DNA of 64,000 nt from Octopus bimaculoides (taxonomy: Eukaryota). The notes below the pieces were generated by a model. The model did no database searches. It worked only from the letters and a program-made list of their open reading frames with translations, and was not told where the DNA came from. Numbering within the stretch: the stretch's first letter is position 1; each line of letters starts with the position of its first letter. Position numbers and translations under genes: made by a program. Below, one piece after another: positions 1 to 14,179 of this stretch. The stretch is taken from assembly GCF_001194135.2 (NCBI RefSeq), contig NC_068981.1, positions 177,980,965 to 178,044,964 of the forward strand, given 5' to 3'.

Positions 1-484
1 GGTTAATTAATGATGCACATAATCATGTTAGCATGTGTGGAATGAAATCAAAGAGTTCTGAAAAATATGTATCCAATATGAGAAGAGACAAAAAGAAACA
101 GTCAGAATGGTAAATTTAAAGGCAGATATAGATTTACCAATTAGGTAGAGTGGTACTTGTAAATTTTTTATTAATATGGTAATATTTCAAGATAATAGAG
201 ATGTGAAAGACATCTTTATCTAACTCCCACCCCAGAACATTGACATGGGTGATCTTCTTGCACCCCACCTACACCCCCAACACAGACCAGTCTGTTTACA
301 TCTCTTTTATGAGCCTCAACAATGGTTGTTTGGCTAGTCTCTTAAAAATTGTAGCCAAATCTCCTTCAAAGAAAAAAAAAAGGACATAGATAAAAAAAGG
401 AAAAAAGAAAGAACATAGACACTGTGGTTTTGGGTTCCTTGCATATAGTGGAAAAAATGGCATGGTCACACATGGAATATCTTT

Positions 485-766
485 GATCATCATCATCATC
501 ATCATCATCATCGTTTAACATCCACTTTCCATGCTAGCATGGGTTGGACGATTTGACTGAGGACTGGTGAAACCAGATGGCTGCATCAGGCTCCAATCTG
601 ATCTGGCAGAGTTTCTACAGCTGGATGCCCTTCCTTACGCCAACCACTCCGAGAGTAGAGTGGGTGCTTTTACGTGCCACCGGCATGAAGGCCAGTCAGG
701 CGCTACTGGCAACGGCCACGCTCAAAATGGTGTATTTTACGTGCCACCTGCACAGGAGCCAGTCCT
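485..766 (-). mobile_element. RTE-LINE 3' end / 5'-truncated copy (family A) with (GAT)n tail
   Basis: Reverse complement matches the 3'UTR that follows the RTE ORF at 45760-45905 (GTGGTTGGCGTAAGGAAGGGCATCCAGCTGTAGAAA...GTTAAACGATGATGAT); near-identical to 2568-2790 and 46910-47103. Confidence 0.85.
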
Positions 767-1249
767 GCTTAATCATGGTTAAGTTGGGGTTAAAAAACAA
801 CAGCATCTCTAAGAAATATCCCAACATTGGACACTAAGCAAATATCCACAATTTTCTCACAAGGTAGCACTTCCATAAGGTTGCTCAGTAGAATGATGTA
901 TGTAAAGAATTCTGAAGAAAGTCAATAGTAAAAAGACTTAAGATTCAGATGGGATTTCAGCAAAAAGTAGTTCAGAAGTTTAACTACACACGCAATTCCT
1001 TCAACTATTATTTTTTCCCATTTCGAATAAATTAAAACTAATCTCTTCCAATGACTGCTTCTCTGAAGTTGTCAAACAATTTATCTTCTCTTGAATCACA
1101 AATGAATAAAAAGTAAAACTGTTTTGCAACTAACATAGTTATAGGTAGGAATATTTTATTTGCTATCAACTAATTGTTTTAACTGAAGTACTAAGCAAAC
1201 ATTCAAAGAAACTTGTCAGAAATCTTGTAGTAATATTGAATTTCTCAAA

Positions 1250-1620
1250 AGCCCTTATTAACATTACCAAATTACAACCTGATTGTTTACAATCTCATGT
1301 ATATCAATCAACTCTTATACTTTCAATATGTAACAGCATATAAGGGTAATATATCTGTGGAGACATTTGTTAAGGGAGGTGTCCTACAAAGTATGCAACT
1401 CAGACAGCTGATATGTCTGTGGCCCTCCTCAATGATGCCATGATGTGTGAAAAAAAATGGACTTTGAAACCACTTGTTTTAAAATATGTTGGTGATATGA
1501 CCTTGTTGAAAACAGTGTACATAAACAGTCTTATCAAGATATGTAAGGTCATTTAAATTTGTTGCAATCTTGAGCTCATTCAAACAGAATGCCCTGATAT
1601 TAAATTCACCAAAAACAAAA
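1250..1620 (+). mobile_element. Highly decayed non-LTR reverse transcriptase relic (CR1/L2/Crack-like group)
   Basis: Broken frames read GNISVETFVKGGVLQ (cf. GVPQG), LLNDAM...LKYVGDMTLL (cf. INDL...KYVDD), KQNALILNSPKTK (cf. N.L.LN..KTK), in the correct RT motif order. Confidence 0.5.
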
Positions 1621-1961
1621 AAAGAAAAGAAAAGAAAAAGAAAATAAAGGGAGAAAAACATTAACCTGTAACTTTTAAAATTCTCCCTAAAGTAAAACCA
1701 TCAACTAAATTTATCAGCTGAAAATAGTGGGTGTAATTTTCTCCAAAAATTTCAAGTGGGATAAACATGAATGCAAATCTATTAAGAAGCTAACAGTAAA
1801 AATGATTTCTCTTGAAAATCCTGAAGAAATTTTATCTTTCTGTTAATGAACAAGTAATTATTTACATAAGCTTAGAACAATATTAGAATATGTTATTTCA
1901 GTCTTCAATTCAGGTCTGAGGTATAACAACTCAGAAAATATGACTGAGAGAATAAGTGGGG

Positions 1962-2080
<119 letters not shown>

Positions 2081-2567
2081 TTACACACACAGCAAAATAA
2101 TTTGTTTGTACTGAAAAGCAATCCTGAAACATTCTTGAACTGCTGACTTGTTTTCAGGTAGTAAAACAACAGGAACAAGCCAGACTTTAATTTGGGAATT
2201 TCATATGCAGTTATGGGGCCCATTCAGATGTGACAAGCAACTTTCTTAGCTCCCTTGTAAAATGAATAAGTGATGGAAACAGTCTAATTCAATATTCTCT
2301 TGAATGTATGAATGCATCAAATATATATATCAGATATATATTAGACTCACAGTCTAATGAAGCCGACCACTGATAAAACTTTGGAAGTTAACATCAACCC
2401 TGTCTTTGTAAAAATACAAATATACGTGTGTTTGTAAATGAAAATATAAGTGTTTGTACAAGGGATGGTAATTTTCAAAAAAATGTTCCAAAAGTGTTTC
2501 ATAAATACCACAGTGCTTCATAAATACTTTTGCTTACAAAGAGTTAGCATTTTCTAAGATAAAATAC

Positions 2568-2790
2568 ATCATCATCATCGTTTAACGTCCGCTTTCCATG
2601 CTTGCATGGGTTGGACGATTTGACTGAGGACTGGTGAACCAGATGGCTATACCATGCTCCAATCTGATTTGGCAGAGTTTCTACAGCTGGATGCCCTTCC
2701 TAACGCCAACCACTCCGAGAGTAGAGTGGGTGCTTTTACGTGCCAGTCAGGCGGTACTGGCAACGGCCACGCTCAAAATGGTGTATTTAG
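2568..2790 (-). mobile_element. RTE-LINE 3' end (family A)
   Basis: Near-identical to 510-750; (CAT)n on the + strand is the tail. Confidence 0.85.
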
Positions 2791-2995
2791 TGCATGTAAA
2801 ATAACATCAGTTAGGAGGAAAATTAAATGACAGCACTTGACTGAAAGTGCAAACAAACCATGTGGTGCTTCTAAAAAACTTTTCAAATATTTCTCTCCCA
2901 AAATTTTCAGGAGCAGAATCCAATCAATCACCCTCATTCCTCAAAAGTTATTAACTATATGCATTTGTTTATTCCAATTCAAAGTAGACAAAAAA

Positions 2996-3312
2996 GGTGC
3001 AGGCATGACTGTATTGTAAGAAGTTTGCATCCTAACCACATGGTTCTGTGTTCAGTCCCACTGTGCGGTACCTTGGACAAGTGCCTTCTACTATAGCCCT
3101 GGATCAATCAAAGATTAGTGAGTGGCTTTAATAGATGGAAATTGAAAGGAGCTTCTCTGTCTGTCTCTTTCTCTCTCTTGGTTTATTTATATCCCTGTAA
3201 CACATCAGCTCAACATTAGAAACGGATAGAATAAGTACTAGGCTTATAAATAATATAAGTACTTGAGCTGATTCATTGGGTGTTGTCCAATGACTGAAAC
3301 AAGTAAAAGGAA
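2996..3312 (+). mobile_element. tRNA-derived SINE, head D + tail E
   Basis: Head GGTGCAGGCATGACTGTATTGTAAGAAG...GTTCAGTCCC (A/B-box-like); ends GACTGAAACAAGTAAAAG as at 63940-63965. Confidence 0.7.
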
Positions 3313-4393
3313 AAAGGGAAAAATGAGGACAAAAGAATGACATATGTATAAACACACATGTATGTATGTACGTACGTATACACGTGTGTTGTGATAAGGT
3401 GGCTCTTTATTTAATGTCTTTCTGGGATAGTGGAGGATATTTTACCCAGTTTTCCTTTTACCAAATGATTTGTTACTTCTAATATACGTCTTCCTGATAC
3501 AAATTCTTTAGAGTTAGACAACAAAGAAGAGATCAGATTTCAAAAAGAAGTTTCCCACTTCTTTAAGCTCAATCTCACAATAGGACTTTCATAAATTAAA
3601 TTACATTTTCTCCTCACCTGCTTTTATTTATTGTGTTTATAAAAGTCATTTTTTTTCTGCTCTATTAATTCAGGAGGTACTAAAACTAGTAACAACAGTT
3701 ATATTTCATATAATTGTCGCCAAACTACTTCTTATTTCCTTCTCTCACATTTTCCTTTTTTTTTTTTTTTTTTTTNNNNNNNNNNTTTTTTTTTTTTTTT
3801 CTTTTGCTTGAGACTGCAATCATGAACGGGAAAATGTTATGTGGTCGTTTGCACTGAAAATACATACACTACAGTGAAAATAAATATTCTAAATCCAACA
3901 TTAAGTATTTCTCAATGAGGATTTATTTTTAATAACCAACTCTTAACTCATGCACATAAATCAGCTTGCAGTCACTAGAATTTAAAATCTGACAACCTAG
4001 AAATTTGTGTTTGTTGATTTAAACCGATTTAAGCACTTTTATTATAATTTTAACAAATTCCTTGCTGATTAAAGACTAATATTGGCCTATTTTCACTTGA
4101 GTTAATGAATATTTGAATCAACCTTATGACTTCGTAATATGATCACAATCTCAACTATAGCTTTTGTATATAGTTCGCAATTCTTTCATTAGTGAGTTAA
4201 CAAGTTGTTGTTTGACCCATATCAGCCCTGGTAGAGCAAACTATTGATGTGATTTGAGAGAATGTGACTTTTATATCTGGCAGGTTGAGTGGCCAAATAG
4301 ATACTCCCTCAGTGATTGAGTGAGTGAGTGAGCACTAAGTTAGCTAGTTGGTTAGCGGCAGCAAACATATAACATTGTATTTCCTGTATGCAG

Positions 4394-4510
4394 AAAATAC
4401 TGTGGAACACATCTTAATAACACAAGCAGTGAAATAAAGGCAAATAACCATCCAGATATCGTTATCAGAGATTATAGAGGACAACTTGTGATACAACTGA
4501 AATCTCATAC
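4394..4510 (+). mobile_element. Short relic of restriction-like endonuclease LINE (R4/NeSL type)
   Basis: KILWNT / EIKANNHPDIVIRDYRGQL resembles the ILWD...IKANRPDIVI motif, also seen in the 40075-40870 element. Confidence 0.5.
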
Positions 4511-4964
4511 ATTTTATTTAGGCATAAAACACCTTACAACTCTTGACAAAGTGGTGCTGGTTTGACAAGTACAGCTTCAACAAAAACTTTACAGGAAGTA
4601 GAAGGCAGCATACACGAATTAATAAATTTAAATTACATAAAGTTACACTGTAAGACAGGATAAGTATATACTGAAGTCATTACTCCATGTTTTGTGATGT
4701 CATCGGTAATTTTCATCAGGGTCTATTTTCTGAACAAAAATAATTAATTAAAAAAAAGACCCAAATACAATCAAACCTTTCCAAATTTCTCATGCAGAAT
4801 TTCAAAATTGTACTCTTTATTTGCTCAAACAATTTTTGTTAGCCATCACTGCTACTAAAAAATTTCCATTTGCTACTGATATATTCGTGTTTTTGAACAC
4901 CTCTTGGGAGGAATACCACAATTAATTAGGCTGTCAATTTAAGTAGGATACACAGATTATTGTG

Positions 4965-5254
4965 CAGGCGCAATGGCCGTGGTTAGGGCAGTGGACTTGC
5001 GGTCATAGGATTGTGGTTTCAATTCCCAGACCAGGCGTTGTGAGTGTTTATTGAGCGAAAACACCTAGAGCTCCACGAGGCTCCGGCAGGGGATGGTGGC
5101 GAACCCTGCTGTACTCTTCCACCACAACTTTCTCTCACTCTTACTTCCTGTTTTTGTTGTGCCTGTAATTCAAAGGGTCAGCCTTGTCACACTGTGTCAC
5201 ACTGAATATCCCCGAGAACTACATTAAGGGTACACGTGTCTGTGGAGTGCTCAG
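4965..5254 (+). mobile_element. tRNA-derived SINE (family B variant, low divergence), runs into gap
   Basis: GGCGCAATGGCCGTGGTTAGG...GGTTTCAATTCCC head; 3' body CCTGTAATTCAAAGGGTCAGCCTTGTCAC...GTGGAGTGCTCAG shared with 6779-6875. Confidence 0.8.
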
Positions 5255-6299
5255 NNNNNNNNNNNNNNNNNNNNNNNNNNNNNNNNNNNNNNNNNNNNNN
5301 NNNNNNNNNNNNNNNNNNNNNNNNNNNNNNNNNNNNNNNNNNNNNNNNNNNNNNNNNNNNNNNNNNNNNNNNNNNNNNNNNNNNNNNNNNNNNNNNNNNN
5401 NNNNNNNNNNNNNNNNNNNNNNNNNNNNNNNNNNNNNNNNNNNNNNNNNNNNNNNNNNNNNNNNNNNNNNNNNNNNNNNNNNNNNNNNNNNNNNNNNNNN
5501 NNNNNNNNNNNNNNNNNNNNNNNNNNNNNNNNNNNNNNNNNNNNNNNNNNNNNNNNNNNNNNNNNNNNNNNNNNNNNNNNNNNNNNNNNNNNNNNNNNNN
5601 NNNNNNNNNNNNNNNNNNNNNNNNNNNNNNNNNNNNNNNNNNNNNNNNNNNNNNNNNNNNNNNNNNNNNNNNNNNNNNNNNNNNNNNNACAGACACCGTA
5701 AAGAAAAGAAGAAAAAAAACCCCAATAGAAAGAAATACTATTAAAATAAATATATACTTATATATATAAACACATGGATACATACACCTTACCATACACA
5801 CACCAACCCACATACATATTTGTTCATTTGTTCATTGAGTGCACATGACTTGAAAGCCCACCTGCATTCTCTTGTGCCAGCTGGTATACCAGCATTAAGA
5901 GCGATCAGTTGAAATACCCAGGCACTTGCTTAAGAACTTTGCAAATACATAAATAAATAAATAAATAATAAATCTACACAATATATATTTATTCAGTTTC
6001 ATATCTGTTTTTCTATGTTAACATGGTTAGACAATTGTATTATTGAGGTAATGTTTTATACCTGGGTATTCTCTCTGCTGCTAACCCTTACCTGTTTTCC
6101 AAATAAGGGATCTTTTATAACACACATCTTTGAAGGCAGAAAACCAGCAGACAATTTTTATTAGGAAAAGAGTCAAGAACATTACAGATTGTAGCTTGGT
6201 GATTTTTAGAGAAGTGCAAATTTAAGCAAACATATATACACACAGATACATGTATGCACGCACACACATCTATCCATCTACACACACACACACATTCAC

Positions 6300-6430
6300 C
6301 AGTCTTCTTTCAGTTCCCCTCTACCAAATGCTCATTCACATGCTTTGGTCACACTATAGCTGTAGTAGAAGACATTTGTCCAAGGTGCTACAGAATGGGG
6401 CGAAACCTGAAACTACATAGTTGGAAAGTG
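6300..6430 (-). mobile_element. SINE head D
   Basis: Reverse complement of CTTGGACAAATGTCTTCTACTACAGC core shared with other D copies. Confidence 0.65.
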
Positions 6431-6639
6431 AACTTCTTTAGCTGTTAAGAGCAGGCTGTAGTACCATTAATGTAAATCTCATTCACACTGTCCTTTACAT
6501 ATAACTGATACATACATCAAGATGTCTTGAGTTTTGAAAAGTAACCCAGCCATAGTACATAGTAGCTGATTTTTTTTTTTTTTTATTGGAGGGGGTGTTT
6601 GTAATTTCTATTACATGATGTCAATAATATCCGTGGAGG

Positions 6640-6960
6640 TGGGTGGCTTAGAGGTTAGGGTATTCAACTCATGATCATACAGTCGTGAGTTCAATTTCTG
6701 ATGGCACGTTGTGTTCTTGAGCAAGACACTTTATTTCATGTTGCTCCAGTCCGCTCAGTTAGCAGACAATGAGTTATACCTGTAATTCAAAAGGCCAGCC
6801 TTGTCACATTCTGTGTCATGCTGAATCTCACTGACAACTACATTAAAGGTACACATGTCTGTGGAGTGCTCAGCCACTTACATGTTAATTTCATGAGCAG
6901 GCTGTTTAGTTGATTGAATCAACTGGAACACTTGCTGTCATAACTGATGGAGTGCCAGTC
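6640..6960 (+). mobile_element. tRNA-derived SINE family B
   Basis: GGTGGCTTAGAGGTTAGGGTATTC...GAGTTCAATTTC head, CTTGAGCAAGACACTTTATTTCATGTTGCTCCAGTCC core; matches 55849-56350. Confidence 0.8.
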
Positions 6961-7014
6961 ATTAAGAATATTTATTTCTTAATAAATAATAATTGTCATG
7001 AGGTTATGGGCGTT

Positions 7015-7620
7015 ATATCATCTTTTTACATTTGCTTTTCCATGTTTGCATCAGCTGGACAGGTCCTTTCCAGCAGAGCATCTGACTATTAGTTACAGTG
7101 CTTTGCCATCTCCTTTGTAAGATTCAGTATTCTAAGATCAGTCTTCGCCACTTGTTCCTGTGTCCTTTCCACTTGGATTGTTTAGCACTTCTTTACCCAA
7201 CTGTCGTCCTTGATGTACATCACATGTCTATACCTATACATTACAGGTGATTCTACTTATACCCACATTTCTTTTCAACTCATTTATACTCTGTCATCCA
7301 TGCACACTAATACTGTGCATCCAACAAAGCATGCTTGCTTCATTTCTTCCAATTATTTGCAAATCCTTAGCAGTCATGCCCATTTTATGCTGCCATGCAA
7401 TGTTGTACTTCATATACAAAACGCGAAAGAATTTGAATTTCACTTGGAGAATTTCAGCTTAATATTAGCAGAAGCAATAGCTTCCCTGAACATCTTCCAT
7501 CCCTTTCCTTACTTTGTTATGAAACACTCATCTTTACTGCCACTAAAGTCATCTGGTATCACCTACACTAGACACCTCGAAATGGTTGTAATCACACTGG
7601 TCACCTTGTAAGGACAAATG
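7015..7620 (-). mobile_element. RTE LINE ORF2 C-terminal fragment plus start of 3' tail
   Basis: Translation includes WAMTAKDLQIIGRNEASMLCWMHSISVH...DDSWVKKC, homologous to 44900-45200. Confidence 0.85.
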
Positions 7621-8024
7621 TTGATCAGTGAATAGATGACAGTGGACATCTCAGTCTCAGAGGAACTGTTCCGTGTTGTGGAAGGTAGGGATGAGTGAAG
7701 GTTCTGGGTCAAGTAAATCTAAGTAAACTCGACACCACCATGACATAGTGTTGGATAAAATTAGTAGATATATTATGTAGCACAGCATAATGCTGAAATA
7801 TAACACCTAACAGATCAGTAATTTATGAATCAAACTAGTTATCGATCAAGCTAACTGCCAAGGTATTAATATATCAGACTTACTCAAGTTCTAAGTAATA
7901 GTAGGTTTATAAGCAGTGTCCCCTTGTATAGTTAAAGAAGCCACTTGGTTGCTTGCAAAATTCCAACACAAGATTGAAATTAGTCCAAGTGACTCCTCTT
8001 ACATGTAGTTTGTCTTTCCTCTCA

Positions 8025-9075
8025 TTATCACTCTATCATTTATATACATCAATATTATACACCCAATGGAGGTTGCTCCCTTTTTCTTTTCTCCTGGCTT
8101 TGCATATCCTCCACATTTAATGCTGCATGATAGCATTTTTGGTGATATGCAATCAGCATATTACTGAAAGAAAGAATCCCTTTGTAGTCTGCAGAAGAAA
8201 TACCTCCCTAAACATTTACTACCCCATTCTTATTTTGTCTACTGTGCTTTTGGAACATCCAACTGCACTCCTTGTTAAGACATCAAGGAAACAAAAGCTA
8301 ACAACCTCAATGGAGCCTACAAAACATTCAAAAGAACTTATTTCATAAGTCTCTTACTTCTAACTATTCCTGTGTATCTGTTTCTTACTTCATAACCAGC
8401 TCTTATGTACTCATGGTTGGTACACACAGTGTTCCTTCCTACTCCTTCTCTGCATATTGAACATAGCCATTTCCCAAATGACAGAAAAGTCCCATCTTCT
8501 TTCTTGTAAACTAAAACTTTTGTCATTGCTAGGTTTATTCACTTATTTCTCAATTATAGGCTTTGCATCCATATTTGGAATTTCTTTTCCAATTCTTCAA
8601 TAGCCTCTACCCTGAGAACTTACTATTAGTACTCAAGAGTTCCTATGGACAGCTGGTCTTAAACTTCTTCGTTGTGTCCTGAAGCACTAACAAACAGGAG
8701 GGGCTGAATACTGTTTCTGATAGATACTTTTCTTGCACGCATTGCTAATTCTAATCTTGCTAACAGCTTGGTTCTTACAAACAATTTATCTACACCTAAT
8801 TTTCTTAGCAACACTACACTATAGAGTATTGTACCCTGTCAAAAGCCTCTATCAGGTCACTAAAAGCTTAGTAATAGAAGCATATTCTTCTCTGTAGTTG
8901 ACTCACTAGAAGAAAGCATCAGTGGTATCCTGTCCTGGTACAAACCTATACTGCATCTCATCTAAGCTAATTATTTGCACTATAACACTTTCTATTACAA
9001 AAGTAATTTTCACACCCTTACTCATCAATTTGTGCCTCTGTAATTGTTCTTTCTGGAACATCCTTTTTGTTGGTG
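8025..9075 (-). mobile_element. RTE LINE RT fragment (decayed) with PHD-like insert
   Basis: QYRFVPGQDTTDAFF, KTKVLVYKKEDGTFLSFGKWLCSICREGVGRN; multiple stops and frameshifts. Confidence 0.85.
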
Positions 9076-10344
9076 TAGCAGTTGATGAACACACACACAC
9101 ACACACACTCTCTCTCTCTCTCTCTCTCTCTCATGTTAAAGAGGAAGTCATGGATAAAGCAATGAAATATATCATAATATAAATATCTATAAATTATTTA
9201 TATTTATTCAAAACACTAATTAATTTCAAGAAAGAAACATATCAAGTAGCCCTTGTACTTTGTAAAACAAATAACTTAAGATTTTTATTTACAAGCTTTC
9301 TATAAGGAGGTTAAAATAAGCCAAAATATTTTTCAACAGACTGAACACATTTGCTAACATATTTTCACCAGAGAACTATCAATCAAGCTAAGATTGTATA
9401 TTCAATATAATGCTGAGCTGTCAAATGTTGCTAGAACCCAAAAGACAGCTGTGACATCAACACTATCCAATATTTGTGACTCATTGCAGCAGAGTATAAG
9501 CTACAGGAAAAGATCAATAGATTTATGTGTATAGCCAACTAGATGATTATGTTGGCAGAACAAACAAACGAAACATCAAAATTATATATTAGCCATACAA
9601 AATCTTTTAATAAAATATTTAATGTCATTAAACAAATTATCAAAATAAAAGAGTATTTTACTGAATATTACATAACAAAATGCTCAGGGAGAGAAGTGGG
9701 AGAGTTCAAGCTGTTTGAAAGAGAGAGACTTAATGCCCAAGTTTATAGCATAATTAGGAATATATAGATCTGTCTGACAGTTACTGAATGTTCATGAGTT
9801 CCATATACATAGGATAGAACTAACATGTTATTGTGGGTATCTGCATGAGGTCAGAGAGCTTGCTAAGTGAATCATTAATTTGATAAAATTTCTGATGTAT
9901 GACCAAATTCCTCTGTATTGTGAAAATAGATAGGAATATAAATTACAGAAACCTGTAAGGTCACTAGGAGAATAGTAATGTCAATATTAAGATTGGTGGC
10001 AGCTATAATACAAAAAGACTGGTTGGGGGTAACTCAATAACAGGAAATATACTTTCACAATTTTTGGAATGTATTGAACAATTTTAGCACTATTACAGCA
10101 CACATATATACACATATTGATAGAAAATCTTCCACATGACAAAAAGGAAATAAATTAGACAATAGTGAGAGTGTGTTTTGAAGCAGAAAATAAGTAACAT
10201 ATTAGCGTGTGCTTTTTTCTCCGCAGACATTGATATGCAGATGTTCAAAATGAACATCAACTACAACAACCCTACCTAGCTCAGAGGGTCTGTAAATCTG
10301 TAAAAGCCATAGACACTACTTTTCCTTTTTTGACTATCTTGTGT

Positions 10345-10349
10345 TTGTG

Positions 10350-10414
<65 letters not shown>

Positions 10415-11283
10415 NNNNNNNNNNNNNNNNNNNNNNNNNNNNNNNNNNNNNNNNNNNNNNNNNNNNNNNNNNNNNNNNNNNNNNNNNNNNNNNNNNNNNN
10501 NNNNNNNNNNNNNNNNNNNNNNNNNNNNNNNNNNNNNNNNNNNNNNNNNNNNNNNNNNNNNNNNNNNNNNNNNNNNNNNNNNNNNNNNNNNNNNNNNNNN
10601 NNNNNNNNNNNNNNNNNNNNNNNNNNNNNNNNNNNNNNNNNNNNNNNNNNNNNNNNNNNNNNNNNNNNNNNNNNNNNNNNNNNNNNNNNNNNNNNNNNNN
10701 NNNNNNNNNNNNNNNNNNNNNNNNNNNNNNNNNNNNNNNNNNNNNNNNNNNNNNNNNNNNNNNNNNNNNNNNNNNNNNNNNNNNNNNNNNNNNNNNNNNN
10801 NNNNNNNNNNNNNNNNNNNNNNNNNNNNNNNNNNNNNNNNNNNNNNNNNNNNNNNNNNNNNNNNNNNNNNNNNNNNNNNNNNNNNNNNNNNNNNNNNNNN
10901 NNNNNNNNNNNNNNNNNNNNNNNNNNNNNNNNNNNNNNNNNNNNNNNNNNNNNNNNNNNNNNNNNNNNNNNNNNNNNNNNNNNNNNNNNNNNNNNNNNNN
11001 NNNNNNNNNNNNNNNNNNNNNNNNNNNNNNNNNNNNNNNNNNNNNNNNNNNNNNNNNNNNNNNNNNNNNNNNNNNNNNNNNNNNNNNNNNNNNNNNNNNN
11101 NNNNNNNNNNNNNNNNNNNNNNNNNNNNNNNNNNNNNNNNNNNNNNNNNNNNNNNNNNNNNNNNNNNNNNNNNNNNNNNNNNNNNNNNNNNNNNNNNNNN
11201 NNNNNNNNNNNNNNNNNNNNNNNNNNNNNNNNNNNNNNNNNNNNNNNNNNNNNNNNNNNNNNNNNNNNNNNNNNNNNNNNNNN

Positions 11284-11344
<61 letters not shown>

Positions 11345-11345
11345 G
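10345..11345. repeat. (GT)n - assembly gap - (AT)/(AC)n microsatellites
   Basis: Direct reading; N-run 10415-11283. Confidence 0.9.
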
Positions 11346-13220
11346 TATATAAAGCTGAGGCAACTGAAACAAGAGCTTAATTTTTGCTTTTTCATCTTTT
11401 AATGTATATGAAGTGAATTTGTTCAAAACAAAGTCACTTTGTAAACACTACTAACATCCTTGAGAAAGGTGTGAACATCACACAAAACTCATTCTCCTCT
11501 TTGGTAAAAATATAGTAAATGGCCTGAGATCTATAGAGAAAAGGAATGAGTTTGCACATTTCACAACATGGTTCCTTAAATTCATAGTGGCATATGATAA
11601 CAAATATACAAATAAGAATACTATTGACTACTAATGCAATATTCTATGATGCAATAGTGATAATTATAAACTTCTAATTATGATGAAGGTACAAAGCCCT
11701 AGGTTTATAGAAAAACATAATATTTATCTTTTCTAAAGAGTATTTGATGCATAAATAAAAGAAATCAATTGATATTCAAAACCAGCTCCCAGACTTGGTT
11801 TTGCCGGCATGACATTGAACAGTAAAACGTTCATCTTCAATTGTATTTCAGAATGATAAAACATTGTAACATTTACTCAGCATCAACTCTTTCATTGTTT
11901 CAACTATTACATAAAACACTCCAACCAAAAATGACTAATCTTTAATATAATCCTGCTCAAAGATTTCAATATACATTCACTGCAGATTGCCATTTTCTTT
12001 ACACAGAACAAGCCAATGCAGGTTACAAATCACAGAATATTTACTAATCTCAGAATGTATATTCCCAAGAGATAATTTTGTTCTGGGTGGCAATCATCTT
12101 TGGAAATGGTGACATAACAGACAATATCCTTTAAAAATACTTCATTGAATGAAATGTAGGCATCATATTAATCAGTCAATTTATGAATGAAATTGTAAAT
12201 AATATAAGATAATGCGTTTAATTATTTCATTACTAAATCACTTTGATACATTAAGAATTTGCTTCAATTTAGCTCTATTGTCATGCTTAATATTTACAAG
12301 GCCTTTTTACTGGGACAACAGTAAATATGAGCATATTTTTGTATAACTTCCTTGCCGTTTTCTTCTAGTTTGAATGATAAACATTTATTATTAATGTTTA
12401 GGAATTTATGGGGAAAAAAAGATAAATACATAAAAATAAATAGTTTGATGCAGCAACTAGAATGTATTTACTGCTGTCTATAATGACACAAAATATCTGA
12501 TTTGTTATGTTTCAGTTTCTTTCATTGACTAAATATCCAGTAAACTAAGAGTATTAATTAGCTTATAGTCATCTAATGATATGTAAAACATTCCCCTGTA
12601 AGTTTCTGTTTCACCATCTCCCCGTTGCTTAATTAGCTTGACAGATCAATATTATCCTCTCTTGTTTGCCTGCCATTTCTGTTTTCCTCATCCTTCCTGC
12701 TTACTAACCCTGCTAGATCAACATCATACTCTATTATTGACAATGGCAATGTATTGGAAACCTCTTTATGTATGCATTCAGTTGTACACAATGCAGTCCA
12801 ATACAAAAATAATTTTCACTTCATTCATTTCCTACATCCCTTAACTCTGCCTAATGGTTAATGTAGAAGTGAATAAATTCATAGCTTTGTATATCATAGC
12901 AAGTATCACACTGGCAACTTTGGACAAATGCTTAACCCTTTCTTTCTTCAGCTTAAATAGCTGGAAATTAAGAACTAAGGTAGTTATGGCAGCACATCAG
13001 ACTAGACAGGACAACTGATAAGTAATTCTGTCATTTGTTGTTTCTTGTTTAAGTTGATTTATATTTTAGTCTTCTTGAATTGAAACATACCGGGGATAAA
13101 TGGTTTAAAAAATGTAGATCAATATACACAAGTGTACTGATTTATACCATTTTAAAGTATAGTACCTCTAAATCTATATAAACATTCCACCAGGATAAAT
13201 GGCTTCTTTTCTACCTTGCA

Positions 13221-13457
13221 TCAATCCTATTGTTACCAAACCATCTGAAACTACCCTTAGTTCTATGATACAAATTCCCTGTTTTAAAATGAGCCTTACT
13301 TAAAATTATCTATTAAAAAAAAATTCATGCCAATTTATGTTCCAAACACTGGTTTAATACTGAGAATGTTATTTATTTTAATAAATACTTTGTTATTTTC
13401 AAAATTAATTGAAACAAAGACTATATTTCAACAGAAAAATGGAAACAAAAGAGTTAA
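13221..13457. mobile_element. Non-autonomous DNA transposon (MITE), TTAA-flanked, piggyBac-like
   Basis: Left TCAATCCTATTGTTACC vs reverse complement of right end TTAACTCTTTTGTTTCC. Confidence 0.55.
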
Positions 13458-13911
13458 CAGACTGTCATCATTCTAGCATTATCAAAAACAGCATAGTTAT
13501 TGAAATCACATTTTTAAATCCTGTGCACTACAGGGAGAGCATGAGCCATAGGTTGTTTGTTAGGCCACAGAAATAAAAAGAGATTAAACTAGATTAATAA
13601 AATACGATTGAAGTACATGAACCATCCATACATATTCAGTTGCACACAATACAAGCAAAGCATTTATGTAGGATTATATTAGAAAAATAATAAAAACCAT
13701 GGTAATTTTGAAACAAGTTAACATAATGATAACCTTTTGTTAAATAGGATTTTAATTGTTTTCAATTCATTTTCTAATATCTTTTTTTCTTTTCAAAACA
13801 TACAAATCAAACAAATAGATCTGTTTTCATTTTTAACCATAATTAACCACTCATGTAATTTTTCTCCAGCATGTTAACAAGCAAATTAGATACTATTCAA
13901 AAGCAGACACA

Positions 13912-14150
13912 AAATAGCTGATAAAGTATTAGACGCTCTGCTCATAAGTTTTCAATTCAAATCCATTTCAGATGTTTTATCATGTTTCTAGGCAGAACAC
14001 TACATTCTATGCTGCCTCAGTTCATCTCGTTGTTGAGTATAGGTTAATACCTATCATTTGGAACTGTTACTTGTACTAGACGGGCATCCTATCCAATGGG
14101 AGATTTATCTTGTCAGTTTTATGCAATTAAACTGAAGCTAAGCATTTGTC
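13912..14150 (+). mobile_element. Old tRNA-SINE relic
   Basis: TTCAAATCC B-box-like, GGCAGAACACTACATTC...CTGCCTCAGTTCATC...GGGCATCCTATCCAATGGGAG core. Confidence 0.45.
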
Positions 14151-14179
14151 CTTGAAAGTTCATTGGGATTTATCTTTTT

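Noticed and set aside
567-782. ORF MKPDGCIRLQSDLAEFLQLDALP... recurring at 46988
   Set aside because: Antisense reading of the non-coding RTE 3'UTR; recurrence reflects repeat copies.
5184-5813. Long ORFs spanning N-runs (also 10276-11426, 17226-17955, 32155-33162, 46988-48396, 61041-61409)
   Set aside because: They are open only because N codons are not stops.
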